DNA from: Syncephalis fuscata S228
Lineage: Eukaryota; Fungi; Zoopagomycota
Length of the DNA: 64,000 bases
Reading direction: 5' to 3'
NCBI GenBank assembly: GCA_025786725.1
Contig: JAHLTZ010000013.1
Span: 62,001-126,000 of the forward strand
A model generated the notes under the pieces. It was given only the letters and a program-made list of their open reading frames with translations. It was not told the origin of the DNA and made no database searches. This document shows positions 39,244 to 53,328 of the stretch, piece after piece; within the stretch, counting starts at the first letter, position 1, and the number at the start of each line of letters is the position of its first letter. The position numbers and the translations under genes are program-made.

Positions 39244-39857
39244 CAGTCCAATACATACTTTTAATAAAACATCAAGCTTATTTTATTTATTTTATTTGTA
39301 CGTATGGCTCAATAAGTAAGTTAATCAAAGTCTATTGGCAATTGAACTAGGAAGAAATGGGCAACAGTTATGAATAGTGCATGACTATTACAAAATAAAT
39401 AATATGGAATAGAACAAATATACAATGGAAAGTGTGTGAATAGTTATGTTGAACTTACGATGCATATATTGGTATTTCAAATTATTATACATAGAAAAGG
39501 TAATTTGCTGTAATTATAGCTATCAAAAAACGAAATATTAAACTTCTACACTGGTCATGTTTACTAATAACAAATAATCCAATTTTGCAATGTTTATGAA
39601 TATTGTGCGTCAATAGTAAAATTTTATGCATTGTAAATTTAACACTACTAGTTATATATTTTCCATTTTATATTTGTTCTATTCCATATTATTTATTTTG
39701 TAATAGTCATGCACTATTCATAACTGTTGCCCATTTCTTCCTAGTTCAATTGCCAATAGACTTTGATTAGCTTACTTATTGAGCCATACGTACAAATAAA
39801 ATAAATAAAATAAGTAGACATAAGCTTAATGCTTTATTAAAAATATGTATTGGACTG
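39244..39857. mobile_element. Foldback/MITE-like element with ~190-bp near-perfect inverted arms
   Basis: 39244-39431 is the reverse complement of 39660-39857 (one small indel), with a ~230-bp spacer. Confidence 0.8.
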
Positions 39858-40982
39858 CTCGTTTATGTCTATTAATTGCTGGATTAGCCAATGTCAAATA
39901 AATCTGTATGGGACTGTAGAAGGTTGAATAATACTATAATGCAAGTATCAATATTGCAATACTGCGAGAATGTAACGATATGTCTATTTGTATAAAATAA
40001 GCATGATAATAGATTTATCATGTAATAAATTTGACGGCCGACATAACTCACTACTCGTCTCCATGTTCCATAGAACAAATGTGTAGTTAGTTGCGCGAAC
40101 ATTATTAAATATATCCATTGATCCCAAATCATACTGAGGATTAATAGATTATTTATAAACAACAGATTGTAAAATAGTGTTAAATGACACACAGTATTTC
40201 ATGCTGTACACATTTTATTAATAAATAAACTAAAAAGTAAATAATACATATATATAGTTTTTATCGATAGAAATAGTTATTTAGATAGCTATTTTCTTTA
40301 TAAATAGGAGTGGCAAAAAGTGCGCATTTAACAATTCTGAGCGTGGGAAAATCTAGATAATTATAGTGAGCAAATATAGTAATAGCAGAAATTATACTTT
40401 ATTCGATGACAAATTCTTATTCAAAGGCAATAATTGCGCATTGTGTTATTTGGTTATCTAATACAGTCTTGGTGGTTTGTGGCGTATTTCTCTCTCCCCT
40501 TATATGCATGCGTAACCATGTATAACTAGCGTATTCCCTCGCGATATCCTAATTAAACCGTTTCTTAGTAATTTGTGACCAATGGCAATAATTGCTCAAG
40601 AATACACAGCACCAAGTTATTTTATGATAAACCAGTCAAAGTTGTCGATAAATAAAGTCTGAATTGCCATAGCATCTCTCTCTAGTAAAGTCATCATTTT
40701 GAATGCCTACCAAATCTTACTGAACTTCAACAAGATAGCACATCACTGCTCATATTTATCAAATACAGCTTGCAAGGTAACAGCAATAGTAGGCTTTTAA
40801 ACACTGCAATAATAACGCATTAATTGTCAAAACAACCAAATAGACCGATAGCTACGTCCAATCTTTATAATTTTAGCTACACTCTATTTCATAACTGCTT
40901 TAAAGGTAATTAAGCTAGTAGTAAAACATTTATATGCTAATCAGAAATATACAATTAATGAAACACAGCATCAATTGGACCA

Positions 40983-43890
40983 ATGCTTGATATTATCGTT
41001 GATAGCCATGACCAATATGCGAATGGACAATCGTTAAACATAGTAAAGATGCACGTTTATGGCATGATGTGTTCAAGTACGTGATTATTAAATAGCTATA
41101 GCCTACAATAACTATTGATAGGCTGTGAAGCATCTTTAACCAACGGATTGGAAATGCTGCCGGGTGTTTGCAAGGTATTTGCCAGCTCGATGCTACAATT
41201 AGTCAAAGTTTCCTATGTCTCGACGCCAACATTAAATAACGAAGCTATTATTAATCAAATACGCACTATGGGCTATGAAGCTGAAATGGCTGGAGACGAT
41301 GAACCTTCTGCTACAACGTTGATTATCTATGGCTATCTATCGTCTTCACAGCAATTATCCTCGGGGTTGGTAGTCAATGTATTAAAAAAGCAACCTGGAG
41401 TACATCAAGTAGAAGAACGTCGAGATACAAAATCTTTTGCTCTATCATTCAATTCTGGCCGTGCTCTTTCTTCTTCAAAGAATCCTCTTTACATTTACCA
41501 TATTATTTATGATCTCGATATTACTGGCCCACGTACACTTTTGCGCGCTTTATCGCTTGCCGATATAAATGCTGGACTACCAGAGCAAATGCCGATTAGT
41601 GATCGTACGCGAAAGCACCAGCATCGACGGCTTATGCTGTTACTGCTATGTTCTTTCTTTGCCATTCCAGCCATTGTTATTGAACTGATTTTTCCAAATA
41701 TTCTTCAGCATCCTATGTATCGAGCACTTATGCCCCGTGACTGGCTAATGTTTGTATTAGGCACTATAGTTCAATTATTTGTATGGCCGTTCTACTTGGC
41801 TACCTACCGTTCACTGCGCTATACACGACAAGTTACAATGGATGCTTTACTGACTCTTTCGACTACAGTTGGATATGGCTTTTCATTGGCCGCCATTATT
41901 ATAACAGCAGTCACTCTTGGTGATGTTCGTTTAGCCATGTTCTTTGACATGAATGCCATGCTGGTTATGTTCTTTTTATTAGGTCGGTATTTGCACAACT
42001 TTGGAAAATATAAAGCAGTTCGTGCACTATCAGAGTTGAAAGAACTACAAGCCAACACAGCACGCCTTATTCTAAATAAACCCGATGTTTATTCATTTGG
42101 TGCAACACAGCCAGCAGACTTTCCGGCAATAGCTGATGCTTCTAATGGAGTCAAAGCAATGGAACCTAATCCACAGTCTACAATAGCAGTAATCGATGAA
42201 CCGCTCCAGTCAAAGATTATAGATATTCGTTTGGTGCAGCGCCACGATGAGCTTTTAGTACTGCCAGGTGAATCAATTCCTGTTGATGGACTTGTATTAG
42301 ATGGTTCAGGGGAAGCTGATGAGTCGCTCGTTACAGGGGAAGCCGTTCCTGTTGAGAAAAATCCTGGTATCCGAGTTACTGGTGGCACAATCTTAGTGAC
42401 CGGACAGTTACGTATCCGTTGCGTAAAAGCTGCAACTGAGGGAACATTGGCCGAGATTGGGCGATTAATCGAATCGGCACAAGCATCGAAAATATCGGTG
42501 CAAAAACTGGCCGATCGTATTGCTATGATATTTTGCCCAGCGGCCATTGCATTTGCATTTCTTGTCCTATTCACTTGGCTGGGGCTGACTCTTGGAAATG
42601 TAGTGACTGATACGGAAAATCTACCACCTGTCATATTTTCGCTCAATTTCTTTATTGCTGTACTTGTTGTGGCATGTCCATGCGCCGTGTCATTGGGTAA
42701 GTGCTCTATTATTAACAAGTCTTTATCTCACCTTTTGTTAGCTGTCCCTACTGTGCTGGTCGTGGCCACAGGTCTTGCATCAAAGCTTGGTGTTTTGGTT
42801 CGTGATGGAAATGCATTTGAACAAGGCGCCAAGGTAACAGCTGTCGTATTCGACAAGACCGGCACACTTACCGAAGGAACATTTAGTGTAGTAGCTGCTA
42901 GCGTATATTGCTTAAACAATACAGATAACCATGCTGGTTTTCATGAAATAATCGGTGCAGCCTCTACGGCCAGCCGACACCCAGTATCTCGGGCATTGAC
43001 ACGTCATTTTGCCAAATACGATGACCCGGAACAGAACGGAGTTGTAGACATGGTAGAAGTGCCAGGAGATGGTTACACCTGTAAAATCAATGGTGAATTA
43101 ATTGCAATTGGCAAGTCTGAATGGATTATTGCCAACTGGATCAATAGTCAAGATTGTATTGCAATTGATGCTTTAAGAAAATGGGCTGCTCAGCACGAAA
43201 AGAGAGGTAGTACTGGTGAGTAGATGTTGATGTATTAGTTTAGCTGTTTAATGTTAACACAACAATAGTTGTAGTAGCGTTAGTTGTAAATATTCTACAT
43301 GCTTATGCACTTGAAGATAAGCCGCGGGACAATGCAGAAATGGTCGTTAAATGGCTTCACTCTCTAGGCAAACAAATACACTTGGTGAGCGGCGATAATG
43401 TCGGCGCAGTTCATCGTCTTGCTTTGCGTGTAGGTATTGACATTGAACATGCACATGGAGCATGTCTACCTAGCGATAAAGTAAAAGCTATCGAACGTTT
43501 GCAAAATATGGGCCACGTTGTAATGTTTGTGGGCGATGGTGTCAACGACGCACCTGTTCTTGCACAAAGTCACCTTGGTGTTGCGCTGTGCTCCGGTGCC
43601 GAAATTAGCATGCAGGCGGCACGGGCAGTGCTTATGCGCAATAACCTGGCCGATGTTGCCGTACTATTGGATTTATGCCGTGCTGTGCTGTGGCGTATTG
43701 TATCAACTTTGTATGGGCATTTGCCTACAATATAGCGTTAATACCGTCCGCAGCAGGTGTGTTTTATGCCTTAGAGCATTTTCGAATTGCCCCAGTTATT
43801 GCAAGCGCCGGCTCAATACTGTCGGTGCTACCTGTAATTATAAGCTCACTATTACTACGTACGCTCTATCGTACTCCTCGGATAAAGTAA
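40983..43890 (+). CDS. Heavy-metal P1B-type ATPase (PCA1-like), with an apparent 1-nt frameshift near 43700
   Basis: HMA motif GMMCSSC (split by an intron), TGEA, ACPCAVSLAVP (after removing the 45-nt intron 42697-42741), DKTGTLT, SRHP, GDGVNDAP, FAYN, SVLPV. Confidence 0.9.
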
Positions 43891-44773
43891 TAAATAGCAA
43901 AATAGCTAGGATGTTTAAATCTAGCACAATCTTTATTTAATAGCATTATTCATTGATATGTGTTATAATCATAAGCAATTGATCTAAAAATACGTTATAT
44001 TACTGCACGTATTTAATTATACTCTGCTTAATGGGTAATTGCAGTGTTATGAGCATAAACTACAGAATGGGAGTGTCCCAAAAATATTAACAATATTGTT
44101 ATGATATAATGAGGTGTAATGTAGCAAATTAGGATGTTCAAAGATTTCACGTTATTTGGAGTCTACTATGCTAATAAATTAAAGCAGCGTCAATGTAGAT
44201 ATTTAATGTATCGACACACTATAGCCATCATTAAATTGCAAACAAATCCATCAATTTTACCTTTTTATTAACATGTCATTTTTATTAATCAAAGTACGCA
44301 ATTTGCCAATATTTAGCATATAGATTAGCTAGCTAGTAGCTTAAGATAAAAGTTTAGCATTGCTTTATGGTAATTATATTAATTTCCATTAAACTAATGG
44401 CTAAACTATTGTATTTATATTTGGTAAAAATAAAGTAAAATATTTACAATTCAAAATGAAATGATTGAAATAATAATAATTGTTTTATTTTATTTACATT
44501 TTGTGAGTTTGGTTACAAAGTTATTATTATAACAACATGTAAATAAGATTATTGCTGTTTTCTTGGCTCAATATTGTTTAATAATATTGTTTAATAATAT
44601 TTAGTACTGTAGATGTTCATTATTTTCATCGACTTAAGCATAAAGGTTTATTTCTATTGCAAACAATAGCATCAAAAATTTTATTTTAGCATTATACGAC
44701 TAATAGTGGACTATATTCATAAAGTCATTTTAACATTGCACTGTGTGGTGAGTCAGCACAATTAGCGAGATAC

Positions 44774-45760
44774 CTAAGACGTAGCTTGGGTAGATGGTAG
44801 GCCAGCGTTAAATTGATCGGCCGGTAGACCAGTAGTAGCTTGATTAGCAGTAGCTGAATCAGTTGGTGTTTCATCACTATTGGCTTGATTATTGATATTT
44901 ATATTAGCGGCAGGCTTATCAGCAGCAGGCTTATCAGCAGCAGGTGGAGCAGCAGGTGTATCAGCAGCAGGTGGAGCAGCAGGTGTATCAGCAGCAGGTG
45001 GAGCAGCAGGTGGAGCAGCAGCAGGTGAAGCAGCAGCAGGTGGATTAGTAGTAGCTGGAGCAGATACTGTGCCACCATTGTTAGCTTGATTATTGATATT
45101 TAGATTAAGTGCTATGCCAGCAGGACTAGGTTGACTAGCTGGGGAACTACTAGTATCTTTTTTTTGTGAAGCCGCCCTTGCATTGGCTTCCATCTCAGCC
45201 TTCTTTAGTTCCAGCTCATTGGCCACGGTCATTCCACTCAAAGCAAGTGTGCCAGCGCCTAGGATGGTATCAGTGCCCAAACGTATCATATCTAATCTAT
45301 GCTGTCGCTTGTTCGCTTTATCGAGAGCGTCTGTAGCAAGACGACCAGGTGCGCTGCCAATACTGCCTAAATTAGGTTTGCTTATTGGCGGAGTGATTGG
45401 CAGTCCTCTTAAGCTCTCTGGTTTAAACGGGATAGGCGGTGGAACAGAACTTTTGGTTAAAGGAATCTTACTGCCACTCAAGCTAACTGGTGGTGCAATA
45501 GGACTTCTAGCTGGAGTTGAAATGCCTGATGCACCAGGAAATTTAGCAGGTGCAGGGGTTGGAGGGATGCTTGGTGCACTTGGCACGCCCGATGGCTTTT
45601 TAGATTTCTAATAAATAATATTAGTACTATTATTAAATTAAACATTAGTTAAAATACTCACAAATGGACCGAACCATGGTGCGGCATTGACTGAAACTGC
45701 ATTCGTAGACAATACGGCTAAAAGCAAGGCGGCGCTAAGAATCGTTGTGCTGGCACGCAT
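44774..45760 (-). CDS. Secreted Pro/Ala-rich protein (2 exons)
   Basis: Signal peptide MRASTTILSAALLLAVLSTNAVSVNA, an intron at ~45609-45661, and AADTPAAPP repeats. Confidence 0.75.
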
Positions 45761-47686
45761 GATGATAAACAAAAGTCACAATAGCCAACTTGGTTTATAA
45801 AATCAGCTTATAACAGAATGTTATAGGTATTCGGGTGTGGTTTAAAATGTATGACAAATCAATGTCACAGCAGTCGTGTATAAGTTGCGTAGAAATGGAT
45901 AAGATGGATTGTTTGCGGTATAAAACTTGAAGCAATAGCGTGAAATAATCAAAGGACCGGCCTTTATCAGCGTGAGTTATAAGAAAAACTCAAGAGCTGT
46001 ATGTAGAAGAAAAGAAGTGATTGCGTAACTGAAAATTGGTTAATAATGAACTGCAAAATACATTGCAAATCAGCTGGCTTATATAGAAATTGTTTGGAAA
46101 ATAGTGCTATTGATAATATCAGCAATAATAGAATGATATTGGCAAGTTTTACTGGACACGTGTACTATGTGTATCAAATTTGCGAATATGTTTTGAATAG
46201 CGGCTAAGGAGACAGTTATTAAACCATACTATTGGGATGTTAATAATCATTCTAGGCCTTAAGAAATAAGGAATGAAACAACCTGTTTTTAGTTGCCAGA
46301 AATTCATATGATAAAACTAGACGTCGTTTGTAATGAAATGAAATGAAACTAAACAGGTTACATCTATTATTGCTGTTATTCATTTTTATTATAACAAAAA
46401 AATTCTCAAATATTCTATGCATGTTTAATTAACAACAATGATAATTCAATGATAATGTCAATGCTATAAAACAGTGTTTTAAAACCTCGTTTTTACAAAC
46501 ATATGTGTGCATCGTTAGAGCAATACAAAGGCAAAACCATTACCAATATTGATGTATTTGTTTACAATTTTGCGTAACTTGGCACAAATATATTGCTTAC
46601 ATACATGGCACGCCTCCAAGGCCTACACTATCATAATGAATACGGTTATTAATGCCATCAGGTGCTACTATCGGTTTAGGGCAACAATCAACATTTGCCA
46701 CTAGTCAAACTGCAGCCTAATTTTAATCCATGTTGATGGCTGCTATGAATAGCGACATTTTCGCTTAATATAATTCGGCATAATTATCAAATCTGCCTTA
46801 TACAAGAACATTAAAAGCAATGTTATAAAATGAACGGGCACCGCATCATCAGGTATCAACAATTGCTCATTGCTGTTTGCATAGAGATCTTCTACGCTTT
46901 CCTATGTCTTTGTTCAATTTGAAACAGCCTTGAAATACTGTGTGTTGGAAATTGACAAAAGCAGATGCAGATTGGTTGAATCAATAAAACAGGTGAAGAC
47001 CTTTTTGCCATCCAAGTCGACAGAAAAAGCAATCAGTGCTGGGTGCATAGGTGCAGCTACCTTACACGGCCAATTATAACCCCCTACTACTACTATTATA
47101 TGCACTTTTGTTTAATGAATGATTTCAGTTATTTATTTTCAAAATCTTATAGTTAATAAAATGTATATGCGTGCTGAAACAACATCTACTACTGGTGACA
47201 ACGGGATAAGGGAAAACAATTTGCTGAAAATAAGGGCTTGTAAGGCAGTTAATGTAACTATAGGCGGCGTTTTAAAGTTTTGATGGATCGCACAGAATAA
47301 TAACTGGTAGAGACAAGAGAAATAAAACATGGCTTTTTACAATATTTTAGGCTGAGCAGATTTAAAACGATGAAACATAAAGTTAGCGAAGGGGTAACTT
47401 ACAAGAACAGAGAATGTACTTGATAATTCGATTTTCAAGTGTAATGGGGAAGGAAATGAACTGATCAAAGTCCCTTGGCTTTTAGTCAATTGAAAAGCGT
47501 AAACAAATTAATAGCACAGCATTGTAAATAAGTATGTGTAGAAAAAAAATAAGATTGAGCATGAGATGACAACGTATTAAAATAGGACATTATTAAATTC
47601 AGATAATTGATGTCCAGATCATTGAAAGGGTGTGTTATTTTTACATATGGTCATAGATTCTTTGCTCGTGTGATGTTTGTAATTAT

Positions 47687-48624
47687 TCAAATGCTTAGCT
47701 TATTTCGGTTGACTTCAAAATCCTTCGGAAGCGGTGCTGTGAATTGATTCTTACGCAAACCGGTAGTTTTGGCAATCCATGATACAAAATAATCTATACG
47801 CGCATAAAATCCAACATTACCCTTTATACCGCAAACTGATGAATCCAATCCTAGTGAATTTTGACCAAAACTGGTGACAGCAGCCTGTAGCCATAATGTA
47901 GCAGCCTTTACACCAGTAGCGCCGTTAGAATCCGCCACTTCAACCAGTAAAGGGCCACCAGAATCTCCGCCACATGTATCTTTTCCAAATACATTTGCAG
48001 TGCATAGTAGCTGATATCGATAAAGTGAATAGCTTGGACTAGCTTTGGCGCAAAATGCTGGACTTCCATTAGATATATCAACGCGGTTTAGTAATGATGC
48101 AATTTTTTTATTTTGATTCATGCCCCACCCGATAGCTGTAAACTTTTGTTTTCCTGATAATTTGGATTCATCTCTTATCAGTTTAATGGGTTGGATGGTA
48201 TCAGTAAATTGAAGTAAATTTTTGAGCTCCAATAAAGCAATGTCGTTAATAAACTCGGTCCAGTTATATTTGGGATGTGCGTAGATATTTTTTGGAACAA
48301 TTGGAGTGTAGGTTATGTTTGAGTCTTGTCCAATGTTGATGCGATATGTTGATGGTCTTCCAAAACTACTTTTCCTGCTTCTTCTGATTTTTCAGCATCT
48401 ACCGCACAATGCGCGGCTGTTAAAATCCAACGACTGCTGATAATAGAGCCTGTACATACGCTGCCAGCGCCAAATAGGATGCGTACGGCAAACGGAAACT
48501 GAGTGACTGTGGTGCTGTCACCTCCAGCAATCTTGAGTACTGGATTGAATGGGATAGCTACTGCACCGTGCAACGTAGCAATTGCGGCAACAACCAGCGC
48601 AGTCAATAAGTTCAGTTTGACCAT
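47687..48624 (-). CDS. Secreted trypsin-like serine protease (S1), with an apparent 1-nt frameshift at ~48355
   Basis: Signal peptide, K|IAGG activation site, LTAAHC, NDIALL, GKDTCGGDSGGPL. Confidence 0.9.
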
Positions 48625-50360
48625 GTTCCAGATGCTTGTAGTGCTCATAAACAAAATGCTTGGATATTGCAAAATACAAGGAATACAAATGCTATAACTA
48701 ATAAGTAGTGTTTCAAAGTTATAAATACACGCTGTAGATTTAGAAAATTGATTGCCGTTTAAATAGCAATATTACAATCAAGTCTTTGTAAATCCAGCGC
48801 TGGCTTGTTTCTTTGTTTTTAAATCTACAAATAAAGCCGACACAGCATGCCTTATTTCAGCACAAACACTTAGATAACTATAATGACAGTATTTCTATTT
48901 GCTCACAGTAAATGCTAAGTAACAGGAGATTTTATAATAAATATATTTGATCTACGCATTAAGCAATAGCGCTGATCGTCTGCGCTTAATGTAGATTTTA
49001 GTAGTTTAAACTCAAAGCAGAAACAGCAACAAAGAAATTACTCGGCCTTTGAATTATTTGCTCTTATACATTGTTATGTTGTAATGTTATTTATAGAGCA
49101 ACAAAGACTTGCTTTCTATAGATTGGCATACATTTATAAAGCGATGAATTGTTGTAGATTCAGGGGAAATGACGTAGTAATAGGGCACAGTATGCAAATT
49201 TTGTAGACAAAAATAAAAATATTGAATACAGCAAATCATACACAATGGTTTATGCAAATCGAGGATACATCTAGCTATATACTAGCAATGCTAAGAATAA
49301 AACAAAGCCTTAAATAGTATTTTTACAGCTTAAGTTGCTGCCATGATTAAACATATACAAATGCACTCTGAAACAGCCTTCCGTCACTGGTTTAACCACG
49401 GTTTCGAATGATGTTCTGTACGCATCGTATGCATAACTACGCAGTTGCACTAAGGCTTGATTAAATAGCGACAAACATTAACAACATAAATACCAATGCT
49501 ATATTCGGGATATGCATTTATTTACGTATTTTTGTTGAGTCCATATTAGACGCGTATTTTAAATATAAAACTATTGTATATTTTATAAAAACTAATGACC
49601 GATCAAACCTTTAATTCAAATCACAAAAATCAATGACTGTGCCGAATGATTTATTACTGGAAATGCACAATAAATTACGCCGCAAAAACTGCTTATTGTA
49701 CAATCAATTTTCAGCCAAGTTTACCTAACTGATATTTAGACTAGTATTGATTGCACGGAATGTCCTATAATCTGCTAAATTTTAGTTTAAGCAGGTAAAA
49801 ATTTATGTATTAACTAAGTTTAGTAATTAAACTAGTCAATAACAATGTCAAATACAAAAACAGTATTATGAACCAAACGAAAAAGACTATAGATAATGTG
49901 TTATAGCAGAGAATGAACAGCAAGTAATGTTGGAATAGATTAATATTATAAAAATAATCGACACTTACTAATTAATATGGTGTAATTGTAATAAAATAAT
50001 TATTAAATAAACTGGCCACAAGTTGAATTAATGGTTCAAACAAAGTGGGAATCAATATAAAGTTTTTTATTACTGTTTATACAAATCTGTTTTCATCATG
50101 TACATGACTATACTAAAAGTTGGTGCAATTAGATTCTATTATATAGCTAACTACTATTTGCATTACTAAATTCTAAATAAAATATTTGCAATAATAAATC
50201 CTTTATTTATATTTTTGATGTTTAAACATAAGATAAGAAACTAAACACTTATTTAACATTATTTAAAACTTAGATTCTGTAAAGCAGTACAAACTAACAA
50301 AGAAGTAGATGTAGTCTATTGAGATTCTCAAATAATAAAAGTAAATTTATTCCATAACAA

Positions 50361-51098
50361 TCACTTAGTATGAATATTTCTCAGTTTTCCTGGCTTGTAT
50401 TTGTAATTATCGGCGTAAACTTGTGGCTTAAATTCGCGCACTTTAGGCTCTTGAACATAGTATGACCAGCCTAGTATTACCACATAGTTAGTTGGTCAAT
50501 CGATAGCCATTTATCAATCAACCACACGTAAAACTTACCTTGCTTTTCAGCAAAGTAAATGGCATCCTCTTTTGTGTCAAATTGCATCTCTAGACTCTGT
50601 ACAGCATCTCCACTAATTTAAGTATATATCATTAATAATGGCATTGTCATTACAGCAAAGTATCAATGATTACCTGCTGGCCCAGCCCATCAGTGGATTC
50701 TCCCAACGAGCACCCTCGGGCAAAATATCAAAATCCAGTTTCCATTGGCGTGTATTATTAACACCTGATTGCATTGCCGTCTTGGCTGGCGAGTAAATAC
50801 GCACGGTGCGTTCAGTTGCTACCTCCACTATAGTACGCATACACACACACACACACAAAACAAGTAGTTATTTGTTAGTGATTAAATAGTAATCACTTTG
50901 ATTAGCATCGCAGTGCATATTAGGCCACTTACTTGGTACACCCGATAAACGTTCGGCATCAGGGGCCGATATTGATGAGCTTGGTGTGGTCATGGCCGGT
51001 GTAGTCAAGACAGCTTTTGATGAGTATCTGCACTGTGTCGTGCCAATTGAACGACGTGCCATGACACGCGTCAATAAAGTCATACGTAGTGCCGACAT
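50361..51098 (-). CDS. NDUFS4: NADH:ubiquinone oxidoreductase subunit NDUFS4 (NUYM)
   Basis: Motifs [47 protein letters not shown]. Mitochondrial presequence; 4 exons. Confidence 0.93.
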
Positions 51099-51348
51099 CT
51101 TCAAATAAGCAAGAAGACTAAAAAGTAGTGGTGTGTACGATCGAACAAGTAAAAAAAAGTGTGTTGTTATATGCTGGATTCCAGATGGGATGAAATAAAG
51201 GGTATAGAACTCAAGTGATCATATTACAGTAATACTTTAGTGTTATTTTTTATTCATATATTTAATTAATTGCTATACTAACTACTGCTCATTTAGTTAA
51301 TAGAAATATGGATAATACGAATAGTGTGTCATTGAGCGTATGTTTATA

Positions 51349-51795
51349 TTACTCTTTTTGTTCTTGTTCTTGTTGTCTCTGTTGTCGTCTTGCTTGTCTC
51401 TCTGCACGCATTCTTTCCACTTGTTCACGCACTCCTTCACGCGATGTTGGTGGATCCTATTATATAGTATATTGTATTTATATCTAGCGTGCCAATTGAA
51501 CACTGCTACTTACATTACATAGTTCACGCGGTGGATTAAACGCCGTACGTAACTAATAAATATACATATACATATACATCATATCGATATTATATACCGC
51601 TTCTATTTATCATCATAGTACAAATACTTACCCGATCTACATGTTGTTCATACCACTCGGGACTGCCGATCCAGGTCATAAACATGATGGGAAAAAAGAC
51701 ATATATACCAAACTATATTAAATAATTAATTATAAACTCTATAGTTATATTATTCTGATGTCTACCTTAAACACTTCAAGTCGTGGGCCGGCCAT
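51349..51795 (-). CDS. PET100: Cytochrome c oxidase assembly factor PET100 (4 micro-exons)
   Basis: Spliced product MAGPRLEVFKFGIYVFFPIMFMTWIGSPEWYEQHV…DPPTSREGVREQVERMR… matches the LEVFKF-x-x-Y-x-x-FP family pattern. Confidence 0.85.
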
Positions 51796-52058
51796 AGTTA
51801 GCGTAAATGGTGTCAATATAATATCAATGCTTATAATAACGAGTTTGTTGAACAAGATACTGGTATAAAATAATAAGAATTATTAAATGGGAATAGACGA
51901 GTCTTTTCATGCCGATTTCCTCCATTTGCTATTTCTTCGATAAACTGTAAATCTGATAATAAAAATAATTCCAAAAAACAATTTGCATTCTTTATTCGCT
52001 GACTTTTTTATTCTACTGCTACTGCTACTGCGTTGTTGGTTAACGAAGTGCTTCAATT

Positions 52059-53275
52059 ATGACCGTTTCTGTAGATGCTTCTCATCATTTGTCGCATGGC
52101 AATGAGACAGATTTGCTAACACAAGCTCGTAAGGATCCGCGAGTAGTTGACCAACTTGATGCACTACTTAACAATCAATCGGGCACTACACCACTTCACG
52201 AGCGTTTCCGAGCACTTTTTACGCTTAAAAGCCTCGGCGATAATCGCTCTGTCGATGCTATTGCTAAAGGTATTTGCACCAATATTCTAACGATATAGTG
52301 CTAATAAATAGCCTTTATTCTAATACAATATCTATTATAATAGGCTTCTCCGATGATTCGGCCTTGTTAAAGCATGAGCTGGCTTATGTACTCGGTCAGA
52401 TGAAGAATACCCATGCATTGCCTGTATTATCAGCAGTGCTTGCCAATGAACAAGAAGATCCAATGGTACGACATGAGGTAAGATTCAAATAAACATTTAA
52501 TATATTCAATTGCTAATTGGCTTTTTAGGCGGCTGAAGCAATGGGCGCAATTGGACAAATCGAATCACTCGATGTACTCAATCGCTATCTTGAACATCCA
52601 CAAAAGGTTATTTCTGAGACGTGTGAATTAGCCGTTGCCCGTATTCATTATGAAAATAGCGATGCTAAGAAGACCGATACAGTATCTGCCAGGTAAATAT
52701 CCATTAGCATCTATTAGTATTTATTAACACTTTATATTATTGCAGTCCATATACGTCAGTCGATCCAGCGCCACCTACATCTGGCATTGAAGATATAACG
52801 ACTTTGGGTCAACAATTGATGAATACATCACTACCACTTTTTGTTAGATATCGTGCTATGTTTGCTCTACGTAATATTGGTACAGAGCCAGCTGTACTTG
52901 CCCTAGCCAAAGGTCTTCAAGATGATAGTGCTTTGTTCCGTCACGAGATTGGTATGTCAATATAGACTTGCTCATAACAATTGAACTTATTCATTACTAT
53001 TAGCCTATGTATTTGGTCAAATGCAACATGAGGCCAGCGTACCTGCACTCGTTGCTTCGCTATCCAATGCAACTGAAATGGGCATGGTACGTCATGAATG
53101 TGCCGAAGCACTGGGTAGTATTGCCACACCTGAATGTCTGCCTGTACTACGACAATTTGCACAGGATCCAGAACAAGTTGTACGTGAAAGTTGTATTGTG
53201 GCCCTTGACATGTTTGAACATGAGAATAGCAATGAATTCCAATATGCAACTTCTCTAAATCATCTTGTTCAATAA
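52059..53275 (+). CDS. DOHH: Deoxyhypusine hydroxylase
   Basis: Motifs [67 protein letters not shown]. Confidence 0.95.
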
Positions 53276-53328
53276 TCGATTAAAGTAGTTCTATATTTCG
53301 TTTATTATTTTAAATGATATCCAATATG

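Noticed and set aside
39884-40192. 102-aa minus-strand ORF
   Set aside because: AT-rich, non-ATG start, inside a repeat region, no motifs.
42697-42741. Apparent 15-aa insertion after the CPC motif of the ATPase
   Set aside because: It is a 45-nt stop-free GT-AG intron; removing it restores CPCAVSLAVP.
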